63,862 nucleotides of DNA from an uncultured Collinsella sp. (GCA_902493915.1 CABUQY010000001.1:1-63862), one strand, 5' to 3'; shown: positions 23,574 through 33,822, counted from the stretch's first letter. Notes: generated by a model from the letters alone, not told the origin. Translations and numbers: made by a program.

Positions 23574-24578
23574 ATGTCCGACTATCAGGGAAAACGATTC
23601 AAGGCTTCTCAGATTCCCGATCCGTCGAAGCCGGGTGCTGCCAGTGCGGCGCAGCAGGGTCGGACATCCTCTCCTCAGCAGCCGCGCGCGCCGCGTCCTG
23701 TGACGCCGGCGACGCATCGTCGACAGGACGCGCCGGCTGCGTATCGCCCTTCGTCATATGGCACGGCAAAGAAGCAGGCCCGGACGCCGAGGCAAACGAG
23801 CGGCGCGGCGTCCAGCTACACTGAGCCGCCGCGCAAAAAGCGCCGCTCCATTATTCCCATTCTGCTCATCATCATCGGCATCGGTCTGATTGTTGCCGCC
23901 GCTGCCATCTTTATCAATGCACAGATTGGCTACAAGCAGGCGAGCGAGTCGTATCAGAAAATCGAGAAGCAATATGTAAGCGATAAGGACGCCAGCGGCG
24001 TGCCGACTATCGACTTCGATGCGCTTGCTCAGACAAACCCCGAGATTGTGGGTTGGATTTATGTGCCGGGAACCAACATCAACTATCCCGTGGTGCAGAC
24101 CAACAACAACTCCAAATACCTCAACACGCTGTTCGACGGTACGGCCAATGCATCTGGGGCCATTTTCCTGGATAGCGATGACACCGCGCCGGGAATGGTT
24201 GACCAGCAGACCACGATCTACGGCCACCATATGAACGATGGGTCGATGTTCAACGTGATTTCGGATACGACTGACCAGGCAACGTTCGATAGCATTGAAT
24301 ATGTGTACTACATCACACGGGATGCTACGTATAAGCTGCGTCCGCTGGCGACCAAGGTCGTTGAGGATACGTACTCCAAGGCGCGCACGCCCAATTTTGA
24401 GGGCGATGACGGGCTCAAGAACTACCTGTCCGAGATGCTCGACGGTGCCTCTGCCGTGGCGAGCGATGCCACCGATCGTGCCGCTTCGGCAACCAAGGTC
24501 GTGACGCTTGTGACCTGTCGTTCGTTATCGCTGAGCAACACGCGTGCTGTCATGGTGCTCACGCCGGTCGAGGAATAA
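23574..24578 (+). CDS. Class B sortase
   Basis: TM anchor, GWIYVPGTNINYPVVQ, IYGHHM, catalytic TLVTC followed by R. Confidence 0.88.
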   Translation: MSDYQGKRFKASQIPDPSKPGAASAAQQGRTSSPQQPRAPRPVTPATHRRQDAPAAYRPSSYGTAKKQARTPRQTSGAASSYTEPPRKKRRSIIPILLIIIGIGLIVAAAAIFINAQIGYKQASESYQKIEKQYVSDKDASGVPTIDFDALAQTNPEIVGWIYVPGTNINYPVVQTNNNSKYLNTLFDGTANASGAIFLDSDDTAPGMVDQQTTIYGHHMNDGSMFNVISDTTDQATFDSIEYVYYITRDATYKLRPLATKVVEDTYSKARTPNFEGDDGLKNYLSEMLDGASAVASDATDRAASATKVVTLVTCRSLSLSNTRAVMVLTPVEE

Positions 24579-24588
24579 GTTGTTCGAA

Positions 24589-24623
24589 AGTAGCTAAAAA
24601 AGCCCCGTTCCAAATTGGCTACT
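24589..24623. repeat. GGGACRG-loop hairpin variant
   Basis: Stem agtagcta/tggctact; the loop on the minus strand contains GGAACGGGG. Confidence 0.5.
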
Positions 24624-24642
24624 CGACGACGGTAAGGGAGAA

Positions 24643-25062
24643 ATGATGCTCGAGAATGGCAAAATGATGCCTTCGGTTGATGCTTGGCTGCGCGAGGCCA
24701 AGGCCGATTCGTCGGCACCTGCGTGCGGTATGTATCTGACACATAACGGTGTGGTGCGCGCGACGCCCAAGGCCGAGGCGCGCGGTGTCGAGACCGATGG
24801 CGTGGCGCCGGGCCACAAGGTGGGCGGCATGGTGTTTGGCTACGACGCCAGCAAGGTACAGGCCGCCATCGAGGCGACGCGCGCGATGCCGGGTGTCGGC
24901 TATGTGCGCGTGTGGCTGGCAAGCGGCGAGCTTGCCGTAGGTGACGACATCATGCTCGTGCTCATCGGCGGGGACATTCGCCCGCACGTGGTCGATGCGC
25001 TGCAGGCGCTCGTTGGCACCATCAAGAATGAATGCGTGAGTGAGGTCGAGCGCGAGGCGTAG
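24643..25062 (+). CDS. MoaE-family (molybdopterin synthase catalytic subunit-like) protein
   Basis: GMYLTHNGVVR, GELAVGDDIMLVLIGGDIRPHV pattern typical of short MoaE-like proteins. Confidence 0.7.
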   Translation: MMLENGKMMPSVDAWLREAKADSSAPACGMYLTHNGVVRATPKAEARGVETDGVAPGHKVGGMVFGYDASKVQAAIEATRAMPGVGYVRVWLASGELAVGDDIMLVLIGGDIRPHVVDALQALVGTIKNECVSEVEREA

Positions 25063-25091
25063 AGGCTTGCGTCGATAGAAGGCTCGTTTAT

Positions 25092-25130
25092 AAAAATGCC
25101 CGCCGGTACGTGTGATACCGGCGGGCATTT
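25092..25130. terminator. Bidirectional terminator between convergent genes
   Basis: aaaatgcccgccggta...taccggcgggcatttt. Confidence 0.85.
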
Positions 25131-25152
25131 TGCGTTTTGGGCGCGGTTGGCG

Positions 25153-26382
25153 CTACACGCGCGTCGCATCCTTGGGGCTCATGGTCATGCTCTGGAAGCG
25201 GTTCTCCATGTAGTCGTTATCGAAATACTTGCCGTAGAACTGCGCGACGGGAATATCCGGCTCCGTGCCGTTGACGCGCTGGTACCAGTAGTCGAGCGAC
25301 TGCAGCGTCATGACGCCGTCGACCAGCATAATGACGGTAAAGATGACGGTAGCCGAGTAGCGACTCTTCCACGGAATCATGTTGATGAGCTTGAGCAGCC
25401 TCGGCAGCAGCAGCTTGATCCAGATAAGGCCACCCAGGCCCCACAGGCAGGCAAAGCCCGTGCAGGTGCGTCCGCCCGTAAGGACGGCGAGTGGGTCGGG
25501 CATGCCGAACAGTTTCATGTGCGAGTAGCTCCACGACACCACGCCAAATGAGGTCTGCATAAACCAGCCTACAAACACCTCGAAAGCGCCGCCGATCAGG
25601 GCACTTACCAGGAAAATGATCAGAGGATTCTTTTTATAGAAGCGGTTGAGCGCCATGGTCATGAGCACCGCGCCAAATCCGTAGATGGGGCTAAAGGGGC
25701 CAAATAGCATACCGGCCCGGTCCTGATAGACGCCGGGATCGACGACGACCATATGCCAGACTTCCTCGAGAATGAGACCTAACACGCTGCAGACGAAGAA
25801 TACCCAGAACAGGTTGAAGTAGTTGAGCTTGATGTAGCCCTCGCCGGTTTCGTCGCGGCCGAGCATCCCCTCGGCGGCGGCATCGCGGTCGAGCATCTCT
25901 TGCAGACGGCGCTGCAGTTCGCGCTCCTGGCGTAGCGTGGGGTCGACGGTGGCCGACAGCGCAATGAGGATACCGAGCTGAATGGCGGGGCGCAGCAGGA
26001 AGGGTCCGATACCCTGGAGCATCACGTCAACTAAAAGCTCCACGACGGTCAATGCGATGAGGACGTAAGACAGGCGGGCGGCATTGCGCCGCTGGTCCTT
26101 GATGAGGTCCAGGCCAAAGACGATTAAGATGATCGCGCTTGCCGCCGAGAGCATAATGCCGGCGACGATAAGGCCAACCGCGACCAGGGTGTTATCACCG
26201 AGCTTAGCGGCGGCGTTGCCGTTAATGAGTGCGGTGATGACCTGCCACATAAAGACGGCGACCGACGGGAGTGTGCCCACGCCGGACAGGATGCACAGGA
26301 CGGCGTACACTTTAATGATGAGGGGAATCTTCTTGACCTCCGTGGCGCTGGGGACGCTGGGGTCGAGTTCGTTTCGATCCAT
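25153..26382 (-). CDS. Membrane protein, putative ABC transporter permease (CmpB/TMEM229-like)
   Basis: Multiple TM helices; SVLGLILEEV, GMLFGPFSPIYGFG, WSYS motifs. Confidence 0.8.
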   Translation of the reverse strand: MDRNELDPSVPSATEVKKIPLIIKVYAVLCILSGVGTLPSVAVFMWQVITALINGNAAAKLGDNTLVAVGLIVAGIMLSAASAIILIVFGLDLIKDQRRNAARLSYVLIALTVVELLVDVMLQGIGPFLLRPAIQLGILIALSATVDPTLRQERELQRRLQEMLDRDAAAEGMLGRDETGEGYIKLNYFNLFWVFFVCSVLGLILEEVWHMVVVDPGVYQDRAGMLFGPFSPIYGFGAVLMTMALNRFYKKNPLIIFLVSALIGGAFEVFVGWFMQTSFGVVSWSYSHMKLFGMPDPLAVLTGGRTCTGFACLWGLGGLIWIKLLLPRLLKLINMIPWKSRYSATVIFTVIMLVDGVMTLQSLDYWYQRVNGTEPDIPVAQFYGKYFDNDYMENRFQSMTMSPKDATRV

Positions 26383-26667
26383 ACAGAACCTTTCTCGCTT
26401 TGTCCTAGGTTACTAGGATACGCCGCCGACCTGCTAAAAGACAGGACGAACGTCCCAATTGCAACTTTGCAATCCCCAACGGTGGACGCGGCGGCCATAT
26501 GGGGGCGCGGGCGCTTGCACTGGGCAGACCAATAAAATGTTTGGCCGCAAAACGGATTATTAGCTCGGTGGGCTTTTAAAAAGCGCTGCTCATGCGCTGG
26601 GGAGCGCGTCGCGCCGTGCGTATAATAAGGCGGGTAACGCCAAAATACGAGGCTCTGAGGGGATGCC

Positions 26668-28338
26668 ATGTCTCAAGAAACCATCCGCGCGGCCGAGCGC
26701 GCCGCGGGACAGGTGAACGCCATGTCGACGTATGATCCGGACTCCGACCAGCTGCATGAGGAATGCGGCGTTTTTGGTGTGTGGGCGCCCGATCGTGACG
26801 TGGCTCGACTGACGTACTTTGGCCTGCGTGCACTGCAGCACCGTGGCCAAGAATCGGCGGGAATCGCTGTTGGTGACGGCGGTACGGTTATGGTCCGCAA
26901 GGACCTGGGCCTGCTCGACCGCGTGTTCTCCAATGCCGACTTATCGACGCTCTCCGGTCAGCTGGCCGTGGGTCATGTGCGCTATGGCACCGCCGGCGCC
27001 AAGAGCTGGGAAGCCTCTCAGCCGCACCTCTCTACCATCAATAGCGTCATTATCGCGCTCGCGCACAACGGCACCCTCGTCAACACCGACGAGCTGCGCC
27101 GCCAGCTGATCGAGCTGGGCGTGCCGTTCCTCTCCAACTCGGATTCCGAGGTCGCGACCAAACTCATCGGCTACTTTACTCAGCGTACAGGCCATCTGCG
27201 CGAGGGCATTCGCAAGACCATGGAGCTCGTGCGTGGCGGCTACGCCATGACGCTCATCAACGAGCAGGCGCTCTATGCATTCCGCGATCCGCACGGCATT
27301 CGCCCGCTCGTGCTGGGCAAGCTGGTGGACGAGGGCCTGGACCAGGCCGATGCCGCATCCGTTTCGAAGCTGCCGTCGCAGGACGGCGCCGCGACGGTCG
27401 ACGCCACCACCCGTGTCACCCGCGCCGGCGGCTGGGTCGTCGCCTCCGAGACTTGTGCGCTCGACATTGTGGGCGCCGAGTACGTCCGCGACGTCCGTCC
27501 CGGTGAGATTTTGCGCATCAGCGCCGAGGGCCTTGTGTCCGAGCAGGGTGTGCCCGCTGCCGAAGAGCCTGCTAACTGCATCTTTGAGCAGGTCTACTTC
27601 GCCCGCCCCGATTCCATCATGAACGGCAAGAGCGTCTACGCCTGCCGTTACGACATGGGTCGTCAGCTGGCACATGAGGAGCCCGTCGAGGCCGACCTGG
27701 TCATCGGCGTGCCTGACTCCGGCCTGCCGCCCGCGGAGGGGTATTCGCACGAGAGCGGCATTCCCTTTGGCGAGGGCCTTATCAAGAACCGTTACGTGGG
27801 CCGCACGTTTATCGAGCCTACGCAGGAGTTGCGCGCCATGGGCGTGCGTATGAAACTCAACCCGCTGCGCGACAACATCGAGGGCAAGCGCCTGGTCGTC
27901 ATCGACGACTCCATCGTCCGCGGCACCACCATGGTGCAGCTCGTCAAGATGCTGCGCAACGCCGGCGCCAAGGAGATTCATATCCGCATCAACTCGCCCG
28001 AGGTCATCTGGCCGTGCTTCTACGGTATCGATACCGACGTGCAGTCGCAGCTTATCAGCGCCAACAAGACGGTCGATGAGATTTGCGAGTACATTGGCGC
28101 CGATTCGCTGGCCTTCCTTTCGGTTGAGGGCCTGCTTAAGGTCATGCCCAAGGGCGGTTACTGCGATGCGTGCTTTACCGGACGCTACCCCGTAGCGATT
28201 CCCGAGAGCTTTGGCCGCGACAAGTTCATGGAGGGCTTTAAGCCCCGCAACCTGGACAAGCCGCTGCACTTTGACGACGACGCCGTGGTCGAGAAATATG
28301 TCGATCGCAGCTGGGAAGAGGAGCACAGTGAGGCCTAA
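26668..28338 (+). CDS. purF: Amidophosphoribosyltransferase
   Basis: Propeptide then EECGVFG, LQHRGQESAG, VIDDSIVRGTT, PCFYGID, YCDACFTG. Confidence 0.97.
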   Translation: MSQETIRAAERAAGQVNAMSTYDPDSDQLHEECGVFGVWAPDRDVARLTYFGLRALQHRGQESAGIAVGDGGTVMVRKDLGLLDRVFSNADLSTLSGQLAVGHVRYGTAGAKSWEASQPHLSTINSVIIALAHNGTLVNTDELRRQLIELGVPFLSNSDSEVATKLIGYFTQRTGHLREGIRKTMELVRGGYAMTLINEQALYAFRDPHGIRPLVLGKLVDEGLDQADAASVSKLPSQDGAATVDATTRVTRAGGWVVASETCALDIVGAEYVRDVRPGEILRISAEGLVSEQGVPAAEEPANCIFEQVYFARPDSIMNGKSVYACRYDMGRQLAHEEPVEADLVIGVPDSGLPPAEGYSHESGIPFGEGLIKNRYVGRTFIEPTQELRAMGVRMKLNPLRDNIEGKRLVVIDDSIVRGTTMVQLVKMLRNAGAKEIHIRINSPEVIWPCFYGIDTDVQSQLISANKTVDEICEYIGADSLAFLSVEGLLKVMPKGGYCDACFTGRYPVAIPESFGRDKFMEGFKPRNLDKPLHFDDDAVVEKYVDRSWEEEHSEA

Positions 28339-28378
28339 AACCTGCCATTTAGGGACAGGTTTATTTTGGCAGGTTTTA
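28336..28378. repeat. GGGACAG-loop hairpin (AAAACCTGCCA stem)
   Basis: taaaacctgcca-tttagggacaggtttattt-tggcaggtttta; related copies at 39324 and 39487. Confidence 0.8.
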
Positions 28379-28495
28379 TCTGCTGTTTTGTTGATATGAC
28401 GGCGCGTGTTGTTATGACGCGCGCCGAAATGAACGCAACTATGAGCACCGTTTGGCGCCCGCGCGGCGCCACGGTAGTGGGAGAGGAAGGCTCAG

Positions 28496-29599
28496 ATGAG
28501 CGACAGCAAGCATGTGACGTATGAGGACGCCGGCGTCGATACCGCCGAGGGTGGCCGCGCCGTCGACGCTATTAAGCAGATGGTCAAGGACACCAACCGC
28601 CCCGAGGTTATCGGCGGCATCGGTGGCTTTGGTGGCCTGTTCTCGGCTGCCGCGCTCAAGGATATGGAAGACCCGATCCTGATCAGCGGCACCGACGGCG
28701 TGGGCACCAAGCTCGTGCTCGCCCAGATCATGGACCGTCACGAGACGGTGGGCCAGGACTTGGTCGCCATGTGCGTCAATGACATTTTGGCTTCGGGCGC
28801 CGAGCCGCTGTTCTTCCTGGATTACGTTGCCATCGGTCACATTGAGGCCGAGCACATGGCAAAGATCATCAAGGGCGTGGCCGACGGCTGCAAGCTCGCG
28901 GGCTGCGCGCTCGTGGGCGGCGAGATGGCCGAGCACCCGGGCGTCATGGCCCCCGCCGATTACGACCTCGCCGGCTTTACCGTGGGTGTTGTCGATCGTC
29001 CCAAGATGCTCGACCCCGCGAACGTTCGCCCTGGCGATGTGATCCTGGGCCTGCCTTCCACCGGCGTGCACTCCAACGGCTACTCGCTCGTGCGCAAGGT
29101 CATCGGTGTCGACGGCATCAAGCCGGGCACGCCCGAGGCCGCCGCTAAGGCCGAGGAACTGAGCCGTCCGCTCGAGGAGCTCGGCGGTGCTTCGCTGGCC
29201 GATGCTCTGCTGGCCCCTACGCGCATCTACGTCAAGCCGATTCTGGAGCTGCTGCGCGGCGGCGCTAACGTGCACGCCATCGCCCACATCACCGGCGGCG
29301 GTATCACCGAGAACCTCAACCGTGCGCTCGCCGACGACGTCGACGCCGTGGTCACCCGCAACGGCGCCGAGATGGGCTGGGACGTTCCGCCCGTCATCAC
29401 CTACGTGTCGCGTCAGGCCGAGCTCGCGCCCAACGAGGCATGCAAGACCTTCAACATGGGCGTCGGCCTGTGCCTGATCGTCGCCCCCGAGGACGAGGCT
29501 GCCGTGACCGAGGCTCTGGTCGCGCTAGGCGAGAAGCCGTTCCGCGTGGGTGAGTGCGTCGAGGGCTCCGGTAAGGTCGTGTACTCCGATGAGCGCTAA
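28496..29599 (+). CDS. purM: Phosphoribosylformylglycinamidine cyclo-ligase
   Basis: YEDAGVD, GTDGVGTK, GGEMAEHPG, HSNGYSL, HITGGG, TFNMGVG. Confidence 0.97.
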   Translation: MSDSKHVTYEDAGVDTAEGGRAVDAIKQMVKDTNRPEVIGGIGGFGGLFSAAALKDMEDPILISGTDGVGTKLVLAQIMDRHETVGQDLVAMCVNDILASGAEPLFFLDYVAIGHIEAEHMAKIIKGVADGCKLAGCALVGGEMAEHPGVMAPADYDLAGFTVGVVDRPKMLDPANVRPGDVILGLPSTGVHSNGYSLVRKVIGVDGIKPGTPEAAAKAEELSRPLEELGGASLADALLAPTRIYVKPILELLRGGANVHAIAHITGGGITENLNRALADDVDAVVTRNGAEMGWDVPPVITYVSRQAELAPNEACKTFNMGVGLCLIVAPEDEAAVTEALVALGEKPFRVGECVEGSGKVVYSDER

Positions 29600-30290
29600 C
29601 GAGCAGATGGTTGCTGCCGAGGGCCTAGGCTTTGTACCCTACACCCGTCCGACCGGCACCGATACGGCCGAGCCGCTTAAGATTGGCGTGCTTATCAGCG
29701 GTTCGGGTACCAACCTGCAGGCGCTGATCGACCTGATCGCCGCCGGCAAGCTCAACGCCTCGATTGAACTTGTGGTGTCGAGCCGTCCTTCGGCCAAGGG
29801 CCTGCAGCGTGCCGAGCGTGCGGGCATCCAGACACTCACGCTGTCCAAGGATGTCTATGCCGATCCCATCGCGGCTGACGAGATCATTGCGCATGAGCTG
29901 CTCGAGCGCGGCTGCGAATATGTGGTCATGGCCGGCTATATGCGCATGGTGCACACGCCGCTGCTGGCAGCGTTTCCCAATCGCGTGGTCAACCTGCATC
30001 CGGCATTGCTGCCGAGCTTTACCGGCGCCCATGCGATTGACGATGCGTTTGCTCGCGGCGTCAAGGTGACCGGCGTGACCGTGCACTTTGCCAACGAGAT
30101 TTACGACAACGGCCCCATCATCGCCCAGCGTGCACTGGCTGTCGAGGAGGGCTGGGACGTCGACACACTCGAGGAGCACATCCACGCGATCGAGCATGTG
30201 CTGTATCCCGAGGTCGTGCAAATGCTCGCCGACGGTCGCGTTCACGTGCTGGAGAGCGGCAAGGTCGCAATTGATGCGCCTCGCGGCTAG
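29589..30290 (+). CDS. purN: Phosphoribosylglycinamide formyltransferase
   Basis: ISGSGTNLQA, AGYMR, NLHPALLPSF, GVTVHF, DNGPII. Confidence 0.95.
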   Translation: MSANEQMVAAEGLGFVPYTRPTGTDTAEPLKIGVLISGSGTNLQALIDLIAAGKLNASIELVVSSRPSAKGLQRAERAGIQTLTLSKDVYADPIAADEIIAHELLERGCEYVVMAGYMRMVHTPLLAAFPNRVVNLHPALLPSFTGAHAIDDAFARGVKVTGVTVHFANEIYDNGPIIAQRALAVEEGWDVDTLEEHIHAIEHVLYPEVVQMLADGRVHVLESGKVAIDAPRG

Positions 30291-30368
30291 TGGCGCACAG
30301 TACAATTTAGCCGAGTAGTCAGGGTGGTCATTGGCGCCAAGGCGCACGTGGCCACCCTTTGTTTTGGG

Positions 30369-30424
30369 TAGTCACCTGCGACGTTCTTTAACGACTAGTC
30401 GTTTAAGAACGTCCCAGGTGACTA
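30369..30424. repeat. Near-perfect 56-bp palindrome
   Basis: tagtcacctgcgacgttctttaacgactagtcgtttaagaacgtcccaggtgacta. Confidence 0.8.
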
Positions 30425-30442
30425 GATGAGAGAGGTGAGCGT

Positions 30443-30907
30443 ATGGCGGATAACGAAGCGCTGTTTACGCCTGAGTTGGTGTTTTTTGATTGGGAGTGTG
30501 CGACGCCGGATGAGGTGTTCGCGCGGCTTGAGGGCGAGCTTGCACCACATGGCTACATTGCATCCGGTTGGCTCGATGCCGTCCGCACGCGCGAGGATGC
30601 CTATCCCACGGGTCTCGCTATGCCGGCGGCAAACATTGCCATTCCGCATACCGATCCGGGGTTTGTGGCCAAGCCCTATATCGCGGTGGTGAAGCCCGCC
30701 GCGCCCGTGACATTTAACGCTATGGCTGGCATGGGCGCTCCGGTGCCGGCGCAGATCGTCATCAATCTGGGCATCGCCGAGCCGGGCGGCCAGGTCGAGG
30801 CCCTGCAGGCACTCATGAACATCTTTATGGGCGCCGATGCCGCAGCCGACGTGCTCGGCCAGACCACGCCCCAGGGCATGGTCGACGCCATCCGCCGCCA
30901 CTTCTAA
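30443..30907 (+). CDS. PTS EIIA component (fructose/mannitol/galactitol type)
   Basis: REDAYPTGL and IAIPHTD phospho-His motif. Confidence 0.88.
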   Translation: MADNEALFTPELVFFDWECATPDEVFARLEGELAPHGYIASGWLDAVRTREDAYPTGLAMPAANIAIPHTDPGFVAKPYIAVVKPAAPVTFNAMAGMGAPVPAQIVINLGIAEPGGQVEALQALMNIFMGADAAADVLGQTTPQGMVDAIRRHF

Positions 30908-30920
30908 GGTGGGGCTGAGT

Positions 30921-31010
30921 CGGCACTTGGGGACTGTCCCTAACTGCCGGCTGCCAGAGCTGTCCCCTTTGCACCAAAATGGTGCAGATTAATCTGTCCC
31001 CAATGCACCA
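30921..31010. repeat. Cluster of GGGACAG/CTGTCCCC hairpins
   Basis: cggcacttggggactgtccctaactgccg; agagctgtcccctttgcacca; tggtgca-gattaatctgtccccaa-tgcacca. Confidence 0.7.
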
Positions 31011-31077
31011 AGCGTGCCGCGGGGGCTGCGTTGTGACACAATGGCGTTTGTTCGATTCGTTATGCGAAAGGCCAACT

Positions 31078-32298
31078 ATGGCAAATAAGAAAAAGAACTC
31101 CGAGGCCGCGCCGACGCCCGAGCAGCAGGCCCGCGCTGCCTCCAGCTCTCGCAAGAAGCAGCGCAAGACGTACGTGTCTAAGACCGTCAAGATCGTTCTG
31201 GTGGTCATCGGCGTGCTGGCGATGCTGCTTTCCGTCTCGGCGATGGCGTGCTCCGGCCTTATGTCGCAGGCTGAGGACACCTCGGGCTACAAGCTGACCG
31301 GCGGTGTTGCTGCCACTATCAACGGCACCAACCTTACCGAGGACACCGTGACCAAGCAGATCATGAGCATGCGCACGTCCTACGGCTACACCAAGGATGA
31401 GGATTGGGCGCAGTATCTGGTTGACAACGACCTCACGCCCAAGAAGTACCGCAAGCAACTCATCGACTCCTACACGCAGCAGATTCTGCTTCAACAGGCA
31501 CAGAAGGAGAACGGCGTGACGGTGTCGGACGAGGAGGTCGAGAAGGCTTGGAAGGACGCGTGCAAGAGCGCGGGCGGAGCCAAGGCCTTTAAGAAGACCC
31601 TCAAGACCTACGGCTATACCGAGGACACCTACAAGGACTCGCTCAAGGAGAGTCTGGCGCAACAGAAACTCAAGGATGCCGTCGCGCCCACGAGCAAGCC
31701 CAAGGACAGCGAGATTGTCGATTACATCAACGAAAATCTGTCCAGCTACAACGACGCCCGCCGCTCGTCGAACATCCTGATCAAGGTTGATTCCGACGCT
31801 TCCGACGAGGACAAGGCTGCCGCCAAGGCCAAGGCGCAGGAGTGCCTGGACAAGATCAACTCCGGTGAGCTGAGCTTTGAGGACGCCGTTGAGCAGTACT
31901 CCGAGGACACCGGTTCCAAGGAGAAGAAGGGCGATGTGGGCTGGGATAAGCTCACCACCTTTGTCGACAGCTACCAGACGGCGCTCGAGGGACTCAACAA
32001 GGGCGACGTGAGCGAAGTCGTCGAGTCGACCTATGGCTACCACATCATCAAGTGCACCGACTACTTCCATGTCGATAATCAGGTTGATGACATCAACCAG
32101 GTGCCCAAGGACATCAAAAAGTACGTCTCCAACGTGGTGAAGACGCAAGCGGCCAGCACCGCGTACAGCGAGTGGCTGGAGCAGTACAAGAAGGATGCCG
32201 ACATCACCGTCAACCCCATGCCCAAAGACGTACCCTATAACGTGAGTCTGAAGGGTGTCACCAAGAGTTCGACCGACGATTCGTCGACGACTGAGTAA
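31078..32298 (+). CDS. PrsA/SurA-like peptidyl-prolyl isomerase (parvulin type)
   Basis: TM anchor, SurA-N-like region, SFEDAVEQYSEDTGSKEKKGDVGW, ESTYGYHII. Confidence 0.88.
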   Translation: MANKKKNSEAAPTPEQQARAASSSRKKQRKTYVSKTVKIVLVVIGVLAMLLSVSAMACSGLMSQAEDTSGYKLTGGVAATINGTNLTEDTVTKQIMSMRTSYGYTKDEDWAQYLVDNDLTPKKYRKQLIDSYTQQILLQQAQKENGVTVSDEEVEKAWKDACKSAGGAKAFKKTLKTYGYTEDTYKDSLKESLAQQKLKDAVAPTSKPKDSEIVDYINENLSSYNDARRSSNILIKVDSDASDEDKAAAKAKAQECLDKINSGELSFEDAVEQYSEDTGSKEKKGDVGWDKLTTFVDSYQTALEGLNKGDVSEVVESTYGYHIIKCTDYFHVDNQVDDINQVPKDIKKYVSNVVKTQAASTAYSEWLEQYKKDADITVNPMPKDVPYNVSLKGVTKSSTDDSSTTE

Positions 32299-32352
32299 TC
32301 ATGGGGCGGTGCTCGCGCGAGTGCCGCCCACACTATTGAGGAGGATTTGCAG

Positions 32353-32796
32353 ATGACCAACGAAGAGCTGCAGAAGGAAATGATTGCGGCCATGAAGGCC
32401 AAGGACAAGGTTCGCCTGTCCATCATTCGCCAGGTTAAGGCCGAGGTGAAGAATATCGAGGTCAATGAGCGCCGCGATGTGACCGAGGAAGACGTCAACA
32501 GCATGATCAAGCGTCTGATCAAGCAGACGAGCGAGACGCTGGAGATGTCCATCAAGGCCGGCACCGACCAGGAGCGTACCGACAACCTGACCGAGCAGGT
32601 CAAGATTCTGGAGAGCCTGCTGCCCGCGCAGGTTTCGGGCGAGGAGCTCGAGGCCCTGATCGAGCAGGTTATCGCCGAGCTGGGCGCCACGTCCAAGAAG
32701 CAGATGGGCCAGGTTATGGGCGCACTCGGCAAGGCCACCGGTGGCAACTTCGATAAGCCGGCCGCGGCAAAGATCGTCGGAGCCAAACTCGCGTAG
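32353..32796 (+). CDS. GatB/YqeY domain protein
   Basis: AAMKAKDKVRLSIIR...KQMGQVMGAL. Confidence 0.9.
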   Translation: MTNEELQKEMIAAMKAKDKVRLSIIRQVKAEVKNIEVNERRDVTEEDVNSMIKRLIKQTSETLEMSIKAGTDQERTDNLTEQVKILESLLPAQVSGEELEALIEQVIAELGATSKKQMGQVMGALGKATGGNFDKPAAAKIVGAKLA

Positions 32797-32823
32797 GGGC
32801 CGAGCAGTACATAGTTGATGTTT

Positions 32824-32858
32824 AGGGGGGCGTGGCCGTCATGGTCGCGCCCCTTTTT
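32824..32858 (+). terminator. Intrinsic terminator
   Basis: aggggggcgtggcc...ggtcgcgcccc followed by ttttt. Confidence 0.65.
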
Positions 32859-32866
32859 GCTGGGCT

Positions 32867-32976
32867 GGGCACTCATTGGGGACAGGCTTAAATGAGTGCC
32901 CGGGCTACGCTCATTGGGGACGGGCTTAAATGAGTGCCCAATGAGCAGGTACTCATTTAAGTCTGTCCCCAATGAC
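32867..32976. repeat. Three GGGGACRG-loop hairpins (two direct, one inverted)
   Basis: gggcactcatt-ggggacaggctta-aatgagtgccc; cgctcatt-ggggacgggctta-aatgagtg; inverted ggtactcatttaagtctgtccccaatgac. Confidence 0.85.
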
Positions 32977-33082
32977 TAGGTGGAAGGTTGCGGGTTCTTT
33001 ACGGGAATGTAGTGTGGGCTGCGGAAACGTGATTCTTTCCGTACAATAGTTCAACTCGTGTAAACGCAGGGAAGGGACATTC

Positions 33083-33814
33083 ATGGCAGACATGATCGAG
33101 ATCAAGCATCTCAACAAGTACTTTGGCGACCTGCATGTGCTCAAAGATATCAACCTCACCGTCAAACGCGGCGAGAAGCTCGTAATGATCGGGCCTTCCG
33201 GCTCGGGTAAATCGACGCTCATCCGTTGCGTCGATTATCTGGAGGAGCCCACGTCGGGCGAGGTTGTCATCGACGGTACGCCGCTCACCAAAAAGAATCA
33301 CCTGGAGATGGCTCGCAAGTATAGTTCCATGGTGTTTCAGCAGTTCAACCTGTATCCCAACATGACGGTGCTGGGCAACCTGACGCTCGCGCCCATCAAA
33401 CTGCAAAAGAAGAGCAAGGAGGAGGCGACCGAGATCGCCATCGCTGCGCTCAAGCGCGTCGGCATGGCACATAAGGCCGGCGAGTATCCGCAGAATCTCT
33501 CGGGTGGTCAGCAGCAGCGCATCGCCATCGCCCGTGCCCTGTGCACCAAGCAGCCTATCATCCTGTTTGACGAGCCGACCTCGGCACTCGACCCCGAGAT
33601 GGTCCAGGAAGTCCTGGACGTTATGATTGAGCTCGCGCAGGAGGACATCACCATGATCTGCGTGACGCACGAGATGGGCTTTGCGCGCCAGGTGGCCGAC
33701 CGCGTCATCTTTATGGAGGACGGCCGCATCCTGGAGGAGGGCACGCCCGAGCATTTCTTCGATAACCCCGAGAACCCGCGTTGCCGCGAGTTCCTGTCCA
33801 AGATTCTGCACTAG
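33083..33814 (+). CDS. Polar amino acid ABC transporter ATPase (GlnQ-like)
   Basis: [35 protein letters not shown]. Confidence 0.95.
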   Translation: MADMIEIKHLNKYFGDLHVLKDINLTVKRGEKLVMIGPSGSGKSTLIRCVDYLEEPTSGEVVIDGTPLTKKNHLEMARKYSSMVFQQFNLYPNMTVLGNLTLAPIKLQKKSKEEATEIAIAALKRVGMAHKAGEYPQNLSGGQQQRIAIARALCTKQPIILFDEPTSALDPEMVQEVLDVMIELAQEDITMICVTHEMGFARQVADRVIFMEDGRILEEGTPEHFFDNPENPRCREFLSKILH

Positions 33815-33822
33815 GCGCGGTG

